Assembly (NCBI GenBank): GCA_963674865.2
Contig: CAXXYE010000009.1
Coordinates: 1,472,001-1,536,000, forward strand
DNA length: 64,000 nucleotides
Origin: Candidatus Hydrogenedentota bacterium
GTDB lineage: Bacteria > Hydrogenedentota > Hydrogenedentia > Hydrogenedentales > SLHB01
Direction: 5' to 3'
Shown: positions 30,701-38,808 of the stretch, piece after piece
Position numbering within the stretch: position 1 is the stretch's first letter
How the letters are laid out: each line of letters opens with the position of its first letter
The notes under the pieces: model-generated
What the model saw: the letters and a program-made list of their open reading frames with translations, nothing else
Databases searched by the model: none
Told to the model about the DNA's origin: nothing
Made by a program: the position numbers and the translations under genes

Positions 30701-30924
30701 CCGCCTGGACTCTTGATGGCGCCGTCTTTGTCCTGGACCTGCTCATTCCGGCCAATACCTCGGCGACGGTGTGCATCCCCACCGGCAAGCCCGACAGCGT
30801 GCTTGAAGGAGAGCAGGCTGCATCTGAAGCTTATGGCGTGGCCTATCTCGATTATTGCCAAGGGTTTGCGGTATTCGATGTGGGCGCCGGAAGCTACCAT
30901 TTTCAGGCCTCTTTCGGAGACTGA
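27745..30924 (+). CDS. Alpha-L-rhamnosidase, GH78, lipoprotein
   Basis: LCSC lipobox; DFGQN, FTYRGFRY, PTDCPQRDERLGWTGD, TTIWERW, SFNHFAFG. Confidence 0.93.
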   Translation: MKFLLTSKLLRISALLTLAIALCSCSHLPMRLPGAPGAPENLRAEYQANPLGLEAAAPRFSWEVSDLRRGAVQTAYQIIVSHDGKRLWSSGKVESDQSIQVAYAGPSLESAQRYVWRVRTWDRHGVVSPYSAPAFWEMGLLKPDDWTASWIEVPERRTEKHEVPLGSWIWCPESANGGEYAFFLKTFRPRDGKKLVKALVKVTADDEFRLNINGRLATRNKNWRTLTFENVTDHLGPGSNLIAVQTRDIGGDRGFLFGMKVTYEDGTVDTLLSDDTWLSSAKAGAGWERPGYDASSWEQAAIIAEYGAEPWGLVEDREPPRSECLRKEFDVSSGEVLSARAYVSGLGLYELRMNGQRVGGDTLTPGWTHFPTRVQYQTYDVTDLVRQGHNAVGAVLGSGWWGSRMAGDWRDSRPRLICQIDIAYAGGRTQRILTDGTWTAHPSPILENSLYHGEIYDARLEQAGWDLPGFDDSAWSRVTPFAGDSGRLVAQACPPIRVTKQLEAGAVTEPSPGVYVFDFGQNHAGRCRLSVAGPRGTHVRIRHAEILNPDGTIYTENYRSARVTDTYILKGDGLEVYEPCFTYRGFRYAEVTGYPGVPARDALVSQVLHSSVAPAGSFTCSDTLINQIQHNTIWGQLSNLHSVPTDCPQRDERLGWTGDAQIFAPTACWNMDMARFFTKWMRDITDSQDPDGTVKNINPTLISKPASPGWGDAITVIPWTVYTFYGDTRVIEESYEGMKGWVEYMRRAAVDGVLYEREGYSDWVAVVPSPRKPIGAAYYYYSTKLLARMARAVGRDDDAREYDDLAGRIAGAFNKAYLGEDDNYPQATQTANILPLHFGIVPPAHRAGVVANLVKDISERDFHLSTGFLGTPYLLGTLSENGAHDVAWRVACQRTYPSWGYMVDNGATTIWERWNGNRIDEVGAGMNSFNHFAFGAVGQWFYEALAGINPDPESPGFKHFIVRPRPAEGLSSASATFKSMHGLIESAWTLDGAVFVLDLLIPANTSATVCIPTGKPDSVLEGEQAASEAYGVAYLDYCQGFAVFDVGAGSYHFQASFGD

Positions 30925-31031
30925 CGCTGATGACGTGCCTTGACGGCAAAAAAGATGTGACGAACACCCGCCCTCGGTTGTATAATTCAGCAGCCCGAGG
31001 GGCATTCTATTGACAAATTAGGAGGAAAACG

Positions 31032-31202
31032 ATGAAACATGTAAGTGGAATCACGAAGAACGTCCCTTCCAAGGCCTGCGTCGAAGACCATCCTGGCCTT
31101 ATCGACAGCATCACAGGCTTCCTGGCCGACCCGACTGGCGCGATTGACACGCACCTGGAGTACCTGACGGACAAGGTCACGGGCGACAAGGAAGAGGCCT
31201 AG
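31032..31202 (+). CDS. Small protein (56 aa, not in ORF track)
   Basis: AGGAGG SD, upstream TATAAT at 30981-30986, downstream palindrome; MKHVSGITKNVPSKACVEDHPGLIDSITGFLADPTGAIDTHLEYLTDKVTGDKEEA. Confidence 0.75.
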   Translation: MKHVSGITKNVPSKACVEDHPGLIDSITGFLADPTGAIDTHLEYLTDKVTGDKEEA

Positions 31203-31219
31203 CCTCGGGACGTTCCTCG

Positions 31220-31239
31220 GCGGCCACGCGCGTGGCCGC
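31220..31239. terminator. GC palindrome between convergent genes
   Basis: GCGGCCACGCGCGTGGCCGC is a perfect palindrome; no U-tract. Confidence 0.4.
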
Positions 31240-31354
31240 TGCGAGAGGTCGGCCGGTACGAATCGACGGCTTCTCGGATAAACCTGATAGCAGAATTGGC
31301 GGAACACATGTTTCGTTGCTACGGCAACGGAGTGTCGTTCCGCCTTTCTCTTTC

Positions 31355-33520
31355 TTACCGCCGGTGTAACGTAAACGGCGTCGAGACTTTCAAGGGAATC
31401 CGGTCGTGCCGTGGCGTGTCCATCTCGGTGTATGAGAGAGGGAAGTGCGTCTTGGCGCCCTCACCGATGACGGTGATCTCGTGCGGTCCATCAGGTACAT
31501 CCGCCAAAGAGAGCACATAGGTTGTGCTCTGTAGGTCTTCGGCGATCTCTTTCCCATCCAGCATGAGTGTGTAGCTTGTGGGCGCCCTTCCTGCCACGGC
31601 CCAGCTCACTTGAAGTTCGTCGGTGGTAACCACTTGGCCGCGTTCGGGCGGCCAGACGGCCATAACGGCGTCTTCCGGGTCTTCCTGGTGGAAGATGCGG
31701 ACAAGCGCCTGGATTAGGTTTAGGTAGTAGAAACCCCACCCGCCCATGTCGCCGCGATAGCCGTCCGCCGTCAGAGACACCGGTTCGAGGTCATCGCTCA
31801 ACTCAACGCTATAACTGTCCACGTAGATGTCCTTCTTTGACCCGTAGCCGCGCCCTTCCCGCTGTCCCGCGAACTCGTTCCACTGGTGCAGGAGCGTGAA
31901 TCGCGGTCGAGTGCGCAGCGCGGTCTTGAACGATTCGATGAAGGTGGTTCCGCCCCGGCGCCCACGCGCTTCGGGATAGAGCCAGCCCCCGTGGCCGAAA
32001 TAGGCCGGGGTGGGAGTGACGACCTCGGCGACGCCGTCGCGATACGTGACAATGGGCTCAAGAGAGCCGTCCATCCAGGACCAGTAGCCGTTCTTCTCGC
32101 GGCCGTTAGCTTGCAGTTGTGTGCCCATCCAGCGCACTGTGAAGTGGGAATCGTCCACCGGCGGCGTTTCCGGTTTGACGGCGAGATAGGCGCAATCCAG
32201 CGGCACCACGAGCGGTTTGCCCTCGTAAATCACCCAAAGGCTCTCGAAACGCGGATTTTCGAGGTAATTCTGCACCATCCAGTCCAGTTCCTCGTTGAGC
32301 GCCTCCATCGTCGTCGGCGGGCCATTGCTCAATCCAGGCATGATGACCACCTTCGGCACGGGAAGTCCTTCCTCGCGCATCGCCGCATACGCTTCGAGCG
32401 TCAGCGTCGTCGCGTGGATGATTTCGTTGGTGGATGGTGGCCGTTCATTCCAGTGCTGCTTTCCCCAGATGTGGTTCGACCAGTCCACGAAGATGAAGTT
32501 GACGCCCGCGTCCATCAGCCACAAGGCATGCTGCCGTATCACATCGCGGTCGTACGAATCGTAGAAGCCGACAACGGGCACGGCTTGGGCCGTCTGCCAA
32601 TAGGCGTTGTGTGGTGTAAACCAAGGCTCCCACTGGATGCCGATGAGGTGCTCCGGGTCCTCGTGTACCGTGAAGGCGCGGCGCTCCACCTGTACCTTGA
32701 GCGCATTCGAGAGAACGGCGCCATTGGGGACAGGGCGTCCTACGAAATACTGGCTGCGGGGCACTATCCCGGGCCAGTGCTGCATCGCGCTCGACCACGG
32801 ATTGAATCCGTCCAGGCGGCCCAACACGTGGACGGGCCCTTCGCCCGAGGGCTCACCAGAGTACGCCCACGAGGCATCCGTCGCGATTATCCGATGCTCA
32901 CGGCCCGCATCGAACGTGAGCTCGGCCGCCAAGCCCGCCGGCCCGCTGGCATTCTCGGCCTCCACGCACAACACATTCTCCCCGCGAACGATGAACGCGT
33001 CCAAGTCCTCGAAGACGTGTTCGCTCTTCCAGCCCGCCGCCTCGCCGACGGGATGGCCGTTGAGCGTGACACGGCAGGAATCATCCACGGCGATGCGTAG
33101 GGAGGCGTGTTTGGCACTGTGCGTCACCTTGAAGGTTTTGCACAGGCGCACGGTTTGAGCATCCTGAACCTGCGGCGCCCAAATCCAATGCGTGCTTCCC
33201 ACACTGGGGAGCGCCTGCACCTGGATCTCCGCTGGGCCGGGATTGGGCAGTGGCAGAAGCAGGCGCACGCGTCCTGACGCGTCCGTGATTTCGTGGGCGC
33301 CCCACCGCCGCCCGTTCACGTAAGGCAGGATGCGGCATCCCGTGGCAGGCTTCCGCCCGTCCGCTCGCGCGACCACCTCCACCGCCACCGTGCCGCCCAT
33401 AGGCACGGCGTGTTTATCCGCCTTGACGCGCACGTCCAACGCGCTTGCGCCCGACGAGGCCAGCAAGATTCCTGCTCCCAATACGGCCACCAATGCCCCC
33501 AGAACCAGCCCATCCGACAT
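31355..33520 (-). CDS. Secreted modular glycoside hydrolase (GH99/GH71-like barrel plus beta-sandwich)
   Basis: Signal peptide; GFYDSYDRDVIRQHA..L.DAGVNFIFVD; QWNEF. Confidence 0.65.
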   Translation of the reverse strand: MSDGLVLGALVAVLGAGILLASSGASALDVRVKADKHAVPMGGTVAVEVVARADGRKPATGCRILPYVNGRRWGAHEITDASGRVRLLLPLPNPGPAEIQVQALPSVGSTHWIWAPQVQDAQTVRLCKTFKVTHSAKHASLRIAVDDSCRVTLNGHPVGEAAGWKSEHVFEDLDAFIVRGENVLCVEAENASGPAGLAAELTFDAGREHRIIATDASWAYSGEPSGEGPVHVLGRLDGFNPWSSAMQHWPGIVPRSQYFVGRPVPNGAVLSNALKVQVERRAFTVHEDPEHLIGIQWEPWFTPHNAYWQTAQAVPVVGFYDSYDRDVIRQHALWLMDAGVNFIFVDWSNHIWGKQHWNERPPSTNEIIHATTLTLEAYAAMREEGLPVPKVVIMPGLSNGPPTTMEALNEELDWMVQNYLENPRFESLWVIYEGKPLVVPLDCAYLAVKPETPPVDDSHFTVRWMGTQLQANGREKNGYWSWMDGSLEPIVTYRDGVAEVVTPTPAYFGHGGWLYPEARGRRGGTTFIESFKTALRTRPRFTLLHQWNEFAGQREGRGYGSKKDIYVDSYSVELSDDLEPVSLTADGYRGDMGGWGFYYLNLIQALVRIFHQEDPEDAVMAVWPPERGQVVTTDELQVSWAVAGRAPTSYTLMLDGKEIAEDLQSTTYVLSLADVPDGPHEITVIGEGAKTHFPLSYTEMDTPRHDRIPLKVSTPFTLHRR

Positions 33521-33759
33521 TGTCCTCGCTCCTTCTCCGCGCCCTCGCGCCGCGCCACAGCCATCTCGCCCGAACGACAATAGCAATTCGAGGATGCGAG
33601 GGCAACGGCCGTAGCGATACTCTCACGGATGGGCCTGAACCTGGGAGGGCGGGATTTCGTGAGCAGCCCAGCATTTCCACCAGGAATCCACGTGTGGCAT
33701 TATGGGGCAGGGGATGTGTGGCGCCACAAGGCCGGTGCTGCAGCGATAGGAGGTGTTGA

Positions 33760-34083
33760 ATGAAGCGTTATGGGATGGTGCTGAAGGTGCGGCCGGAGAA
33801 GTTCGAGGAGTACAAGCGTTTGCACGCGGCCGTGTGGCCGGAGGTGTTGCAGATGATCCAGGCGTGCAATATCCGCAATTACTCGATTTACCACAAGGAT
33901 GGCTACCTTTTCAGCTATTTCGAGTACGTAGGAGAGGATTTCGACGCGGATATGGCGAAAATGGCCGCGGATCCCACGACGCAGCAGTGGTGGGAAGTGT
34001 GTAAGCCGTGCCAGGAGCCTCTGGCCACCCGCGCTGAGGGGGAATGGTGGGCCGACATGGAAGAGGTCTTTCATACAGACTGA
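33760..34083 (+). CDS. rhaM: L-rhamnose mutarotase
   Basis: EEYKRLHAAVWPEV, IRNYSIY, QWW, MEEVFH. Confidence 0.88.
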   Translation: MKRYGMVLKVRPEKFEEYKRLHAAVWPEVLQMIQACNIRNYSIYHKDGYLFSYFEYVGEDFDADMAKMAADPTTQQWWEVCKPCQEPLATRAEGEWWADMEEVFHTD

Positions 34084-34142
34084 GTGCCCTGTGCTCCGTG
34101 GCCGGGACTCACACATGTGTCCATCCTTCCGGGAGGTGCCCG

Positions 34143-35312
34143 ATGACGCGAACGAGCAATTGCCTAGCGAAACTCGAGCGGATGTCCAAAACGCTGCGGC
34201 ACGAGGAGGCTGATCGCGTCCCCATCAGCGACTTTTTCTGGGGGAGTTTCCTGAAGCGCTGGCGGGAGGAGTTGGGCCTCGCCCCCGACACGGACATCTA
34301 CAGCTACTACGACCTGGACTGGATTGTGACGGTTCCTAATATGGATCCGCACATCAAGCCCTTTGAGATCCTGAAAGAAACGGCCAACGAGGTCGTCGTG
34401 AGGACAGGTTTCGAGGCGGTAATCCGAAAGCGCCTCGACCTGCCCATGCCGGAATTTGTCGGATTCGACACGGATAGCATCGAGAAGATGGCTTCGTTCA
34501 CGTTCGACGATCCGTGGGACGAGCGGCGCTATTTCAGCGGCGGCGACAACCAGATCGCCGGCGTCGGCGACGCGTTCGCACGCGACCTGCCCCCTTGGCT
34601 CGATGGCGTGAAGGCGCTCCACCCGAACTTCCCGGTGTACGGGAGCATCTGCGAAGGCCACGAGACTCTGTGGCGCATCATCGGCTCGCAGAATGTGCTC
34701 CTCTGGATCGCCATGTATCCCGAGGAGGTGGGACGGTTTGTCGCGCGGATCAATGAATTTGCCGTCGAGATGACGAAGGCGCAGATCGAGGCCGCGGGCG
34801 GCCTGCTCGACGGGATGGTGATCTGGGGCGATGTTGCCTACAAACGGGACATGCTGTTTGCGCCGGAGTACTGGCGGGCGCACTTCAAGCCGGGAGTGAA
34901 GGCCATCGTCGATGTCTGCCATGACAAGGATTTGCCTGTCATCTATCACGGCTGCGGGAATGTTAAGCGGATCTTTGAAGACTACATCGAGATTGGCGTG
35001 GACGCGTATAACCCGCTCGAAGCAAAGGCCGGACTCGACGTGGTGGACCTCCGGCGCACGTACGGCCACCGGATGGCTTTCTGCGGCAATATGGACGTTA
35101 CGGTGTGGGCTACGGCCGACAAGGCGGCGCTGGAGCGGACGGTTCTGAGGAAGCTGAACGCCGCCAAAGGCGGAGGTTACATTTTCCAGTCCGATCACTC
35201 CGTAGCCGCCAATATCCCCGGCGAGAGCTACGATTATGTTGTCCGGCTCGTGCGAGAACGCGGGGCATATCCGCTGGATTTGGGGGAGTTCGACCTCCCG
35301 GATGTGGGGTGA
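34143..35312 (+). CDS. Uroporphyrinogen decarboxylase / MtaA-CmuA family protein
   Basis: EADRVP, WGDVAY, YHGCG, NPLE, GGYIFQSDHS. Confidence 0.85.
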   Translation: MTRTSNCLAKLERMSKTLRHEEADRVPISDFFWGSFLKRWREELGLAPDTDIYSYYDLDWIVTVPNMDPHIKPFEILKETANEVVVRTGFEAVIRKRLDLPMPEFVGFDTDSIEKMASFTFDDPWDERRYFSGGDNQIAGVGDAFARDLPPWLDGVKALHPNFPVYGSICEGHETLWRIIGSQNVLLWIAMYPEEVGRFVARINEFAVEMTKAQIEAAGGLLDGMVIWGDVAYKRDMLFAPEYWRAHFKPGVKAIVDVCHDKDLPVIYHGCGNVKRIFEDYIEIGVDAYNPLEAKAGLDVVDLRRTYGHRMAFCGNMDVTVWATADKAALERTVLRKLNAAKGGGYIFQSDHSVAANIPGESYDYVVRLVRERGAYPLDLGEFDLPDVG

Positions 35313-35319
35313 TAGCGCC

Positions 35320-37314
35320 ATGACAAAGTCTCGATTCGCCGTGTTTGCTTTCTTGGCGGTTTGCGCTCTCAGTGCGGATGCGCTGGCTGGGCCGGACGAG
35401 CCTTGCCGCGTCGGCGTGCAATTGCACTTGTCCTCCGGCCCCTCATCGGAGAAGGCCTACCTCCGCCATTGCCGGGCCTTCGTGGAGGAGGGGATGCGCG
35501 CCCGGTACACAACGCTTGTGGCGTCCGGGCTCAAGCCCGCCGAGCGTGATGAGGTCCTTGCGTATCTGGCCGAACACGACGTGCACTTTCTTGCGCAGGA
35601 GACATTTCCCTATGACGAAAGCGAGCGGCGTAGCGAGTCCGAACGCGTCCGCAGATATGCGCCCGCGGACTACGCGCGAATGCGCGCCATCGCCGGCGAT
35701 TGCTTCCTGGGAATCCAGTGGGGCGAACTGGACTCCACGGGCCTGCCTCCGGAGATGTACCTCCCCGAGCATCTGCTGAAACACGCGACGCGACGCCAGA
35801 TCAAGGATGCCTTTGTGGAGCGCGTCCGGCGGGCAGTCGAGCCCTTCCATGAACAGCAAGTCCCCGTGGGCCACAGCTCCGCGGTGCTCTGGCACAGCCT
35901 TTTCGCCGAGGCAGGCGTCGACGTGTTGTGCAGCGAGATTGGCGAGAATATACCGAACGTAAACATGATGATCGCCTCCAACCGGGGCGCGGCCCGCGCC
36001 TACGACAGGCCATGGATGATCGACCACTCGACGTGGTGGTCGCCCCGGGGCCATGCAGGCTCACAGGTGTCCCCGCGCGAAGGCCACACGCCGTGGTGTC
36101 TCTTCACGACGCTGTTGGGCGCGGTCATGGGCGGTGTGGACTACGTTCAGCTCGAAGTGGACTGGGCCGCCTATACGAGGGATTATCGCCCCCTGCCGTG
36201 GGGCCTGGCCATGAACAACCTCGCTGCGTTGAGCCGCATCATTGGCCCACGCGGCAACACCGCCACGCCTTTCGCGATCCTGATGGGCCATGAGAGCGGC
36301 TGGCCGGGGGTGGGCTGGCGCGTGGGCGATGTGCGCGGCGCGGGGCTGTTCGACGGGATGCGGCATCAGTTCATGCAGACGCGCGACGCCGACCTGAGCC
36401 TGAAAGTCCTCGACATATTCTATCCCGGCTTCGAGCGCTGCGCGTGGGATCCCGAGTATCCGGGCTTCCTTGCGGAAAGCCCCTTGGGAACGCTCGATAT
36501 CGTGCCTGATAATCTGTCTCCGGAGAAGTATGCGCGGTACGGCGTCCTCGTCGCGTTAGGCTACCACCGCACCACGGCCCCCTCCCTCGACGCGCTGCGT
36601 CAGTACGTCGAGGCCGGCGGTATCCTCGTGTGCAGCGACACGCTCTTCCTCGACGAGTCGGAGCGGCTCGTCAAGCCGTGCCACGCCGAGCCGCTCATCG
36701 GCTGCGAATACGACCGGCGCGAGCGGAAGCTCATCCACCTGTACCAGCCCGAAGGCATCCTGGACGAGATCGAAGGTTTGGCCAAGGCCGGTAGCCGCGT
36801 CGAGTGGCAGGACCACTGGCTCCATCCCGTCCGATTGACAACCGGCCGCGTGGTCGGGCGACTCGACGACGCGCCCTACCTCATCGAGAACCGGCTCGGG
36901 AAGGGCCGTGTTTTCTTCGTCACCGCGCTCAACATGGTGGGAAGCAGCGCGGAAAGGCGCGGCCAAGAGCCGTTTCTCTACGCCAACATTCTCTACCACT
37001 TCCTCCACACACTCGAAGACCACGTGGGAGACGGTGTTTCATTCTCGCCGTGGACGAGCCTGGAGCACATCTTCAACGAAAAGCCTGATGGCTCCGCCAT
37101 GCTGCTTGTGATGAATCATGGGGACATGCACTACCGGCGCGACGCGGAAATGAGGAATGGCCACGGCTTCACGTCGGGCCGCGTGCTGGCCCAAGGCGAC
37201 TGGCAAGCATTTCACGAGGGCGACTCCATCGAATTCACCGACACCGGCGACACCCTTGCCTGGTCCTTCGACCTCCCCCCGAAAAGCTTCGCGCTCTTTG
37301 AGTTCCGGAAATAG
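35320..37314 (+). CDS. Secreted glycoside-hydrolase-like protein with GH42-type trimerisation domain
   Basis: Signal peptide; ALRQYVEAGGILV and NRLGKGRVFFV motifs. Confidence 0.6.
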   Translation: MTKSRFAVFAFLAVCALSADALAGPDEPCRVGVQLHLSSGPSSEKAYLRHCRAFVEEGMRARYTTLVASGLKPAERDEVLAYLAEHDVHFLAQETFPYDESERRSESERVRRYAPADYARMRAIAGDCFLGIQWGELDSTGLPPEMYLPEHLLKHATRRQIKDAFVERVRRAVEPFHEQQVPVGHSSAVLWHSLFAEAGVDVLCSEIGENIPNVNMMIASNRGAARAYDRPWMIDHSTWWSPRGHAGSQVSPREGHTPWCLFTTLLGAVMGGVDYVQLEVDWAAYTRDYRPLPWGLAMNNLAALSRIIGPRGNTATPFAILMGHESGWPGVGWRVGDVRGAGLFDGMRHQFMQTRDADLSLKVLDIFYPGFERCAWDPEYPGFLAESPLGTLDIVPDNLSPEKYARYGVLVALGYHRTTAPSLDALRQYVEAGGILVCSDTLFLDESERLVKPCHAEPLIGCEYDRRERKLIHLYQPEGILDEIEGLAKAGSRVEWQDHWLHPVRLTTGRVVGRLDDAPYLIENRLGKGRVFFVTALNMVGSSAERRGQEPFLYANILYHFLHTLEDHVGDGVSFSPWTSLEHIFNEKPDGSAMLLVMNHGDMHYRRDAEMRNGHGFTSGRVLAQGDWQAFHEGDSIEFTDTGDTLAWSFDLPPKSFALFEFRK

Positions 37315-37334
37315 CCTTGCCGAATTGGCAAGGC
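37314..37334. terminator. Hairpin between convergent genes
   Basis: GCCTTGCC-GAATT-GGCAAGGC. Confidence 0.5.
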
Positions 37335-37347
37335 AGCGTACGCACGC

Positions 37348-38760
37348 CTATTGCACGGCCTCGGGCCCGTAGCCTTCGGGGCGAACGAGGAGCTTCTCGC
37401 CATCGCTGAAGCCGTCCCCGCGTTTCCCGAGGAGCTCGACGAGACGGTTGCGCCAGAGGGCGACGCGGCCGGCGTGTTCCGGCTTCTTGGACAGTTCGTG
37501 CAATTCCTGCCGATCCTGCGCTAGATCGAAGAATTGCTCCTCGCCGGTGACGGGGAAGTAGATGTACTTCTCGCGGCCGTCGGTGAGGTATTGCATGGCA
37601 GGTTCCTTGGCGTAGCAGGGGGAGTGCTCGCCGTGGAGGAACTCGCGCCATGGCTCATTCCGCGCGGCGGTGAACACGCTGCGGCCCGTGACGGAATCCG
37701 GGATCGGTAGGCCGGCGGCTTCGAGGATTGTCGGCGCCACATCTTGCAGGCCGACGACGTGGTCGAAGGTTCCCGAGGGCAGGTCCAGGCCCTCCGGATA
37801 ACGCACGACGAAGGGGACGCGGGCGCTGCCCTCGTAAGCGTAGGTCTTGCGGTGCAGGTAGTGGTCGCTCATCATGTCGCCGTGATCGCTCGTGAAGATG
37901 ATCAGCGTGTTGTCCAGGTTCGAGCCCGGCACGTAGCGGCGGATGTCCTCGAGCAGGCGGCCCAACTCGTAGTCCAGGTGAGTGCATGAACCCAGATAGC
38001 CGATCCGTTGCCGACGGTTAGCCTCTTCGGTAAGGCGTCCGCGCCAGGCGCACCGATCCGGGTGGACGTGTCCCACGTCGTGGATGGACGCCCAATCGCC
38101 GATGGAGATCTCGCCGAGAACGCGATGGGCGTACATATCCCAGAAGAACTTCGGCGGATCGTACGGAGAATGAGGCCGGAGGTGGCTTATCCAGAGGAAC
38201 CAGGGCCGCGTAGGATCGCGCCGCTTGAGTAGGGCGAGGGCGGTATCGGTGGTCCAGACGGTTGAATGAAGCCGCTCCTCCAGGTGCCAGGGGCGGGCGA
38301 GCCACCCGTTGGCGTCGCAGCCATGGCCGCGTTCGCTGGCCTCGGGGCCGACCTCGCCCCGTACCCAGTCCATGTAGTCGTCGACCCCTTCGCGCAGGTC
38401 GTGCGGGGCGACCACGTGAAACCCGTAGAGCTTCCGCGCCGGATGCATATTGCGGAAGCCGACGTTCATGCAGTGGTAACCGGCGTTCGCGAGCATCGTC
38501 GCCACGCTGTGCCGCTCGTCCCATTCGGCTCCTTTGTAGCCTATCAGGCCGCAGGTATAGCTTCCCTGGCCGCGGAGCAGACAGCGGCGGGCGCCCGTGG
38601 TCGACGGAATTTCGGAGTAGGCATTGGGGAAATAGGCGCCGTGGTTCAGAAAACCCGCGACGTTTGGCGTCTCGGCCAGTGGATGCCCGGCGAGTTCGAT
38701 GTGGTCGCCGCGCTGCTGGTCGGTGGTGAAGAGCAGGACATTCGGTTGTCGCGTGGACAT
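37348..38760 (-). CDS. Sulfatase-fold hydrolase with non-canonical active-site motif
   Basis: PNVLLFTTDQQR, RPHSPYDPP, IFTSDHGD, YEGSARVP; TTGAR replaces CxPxR. Confidence 0.88.
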   Translation of the reverse strand: MSTRQPNVLLFTTDQQRGDHIELAGHPLAETPNVAGFLNHGAYFPNAYSEIPSTTGARRCLLRGQGSYTCGLIGYKGAEWDERHSVATMLANAGYHCMNVGFRNMHPARKLYGFHVVAPHDLREGVDDYMDWVRGEVGPEASERGHGCDANGWLARPWHLEERLHSTVWTTDTALALLKRRDPTRPWFLWISHLRPHSPYDPPKFFWDMYAHRVLGEISIGDWASIHDVGHVHPDRCAWRGRLTEEANRRQRIGYLGSCTHLDYELGRLLEDIRRYVPGSNLDNTLIIFTSDHGDMMSDHYLHRKTYAYEGSARVPFVVRYPEGLDLPSGTFDHVVGLQDVAPTILEAAGLPIPDSVTGRSVFTAARNEPWREFLHGEHSPCYAKEPAMQYLTDGREKYIYFPVTGEEQFFDLAQDRQELHELSKKPEHAGRVALWRNRLVELLGKRGDGFSDGEKLLVRPEGYGPEAVQ

Positions 38761-38808
38761 GGCGCAATCCTCCAGGGATCTACGTAGACGCAGTTACGGA
38801 CGCGCAGC

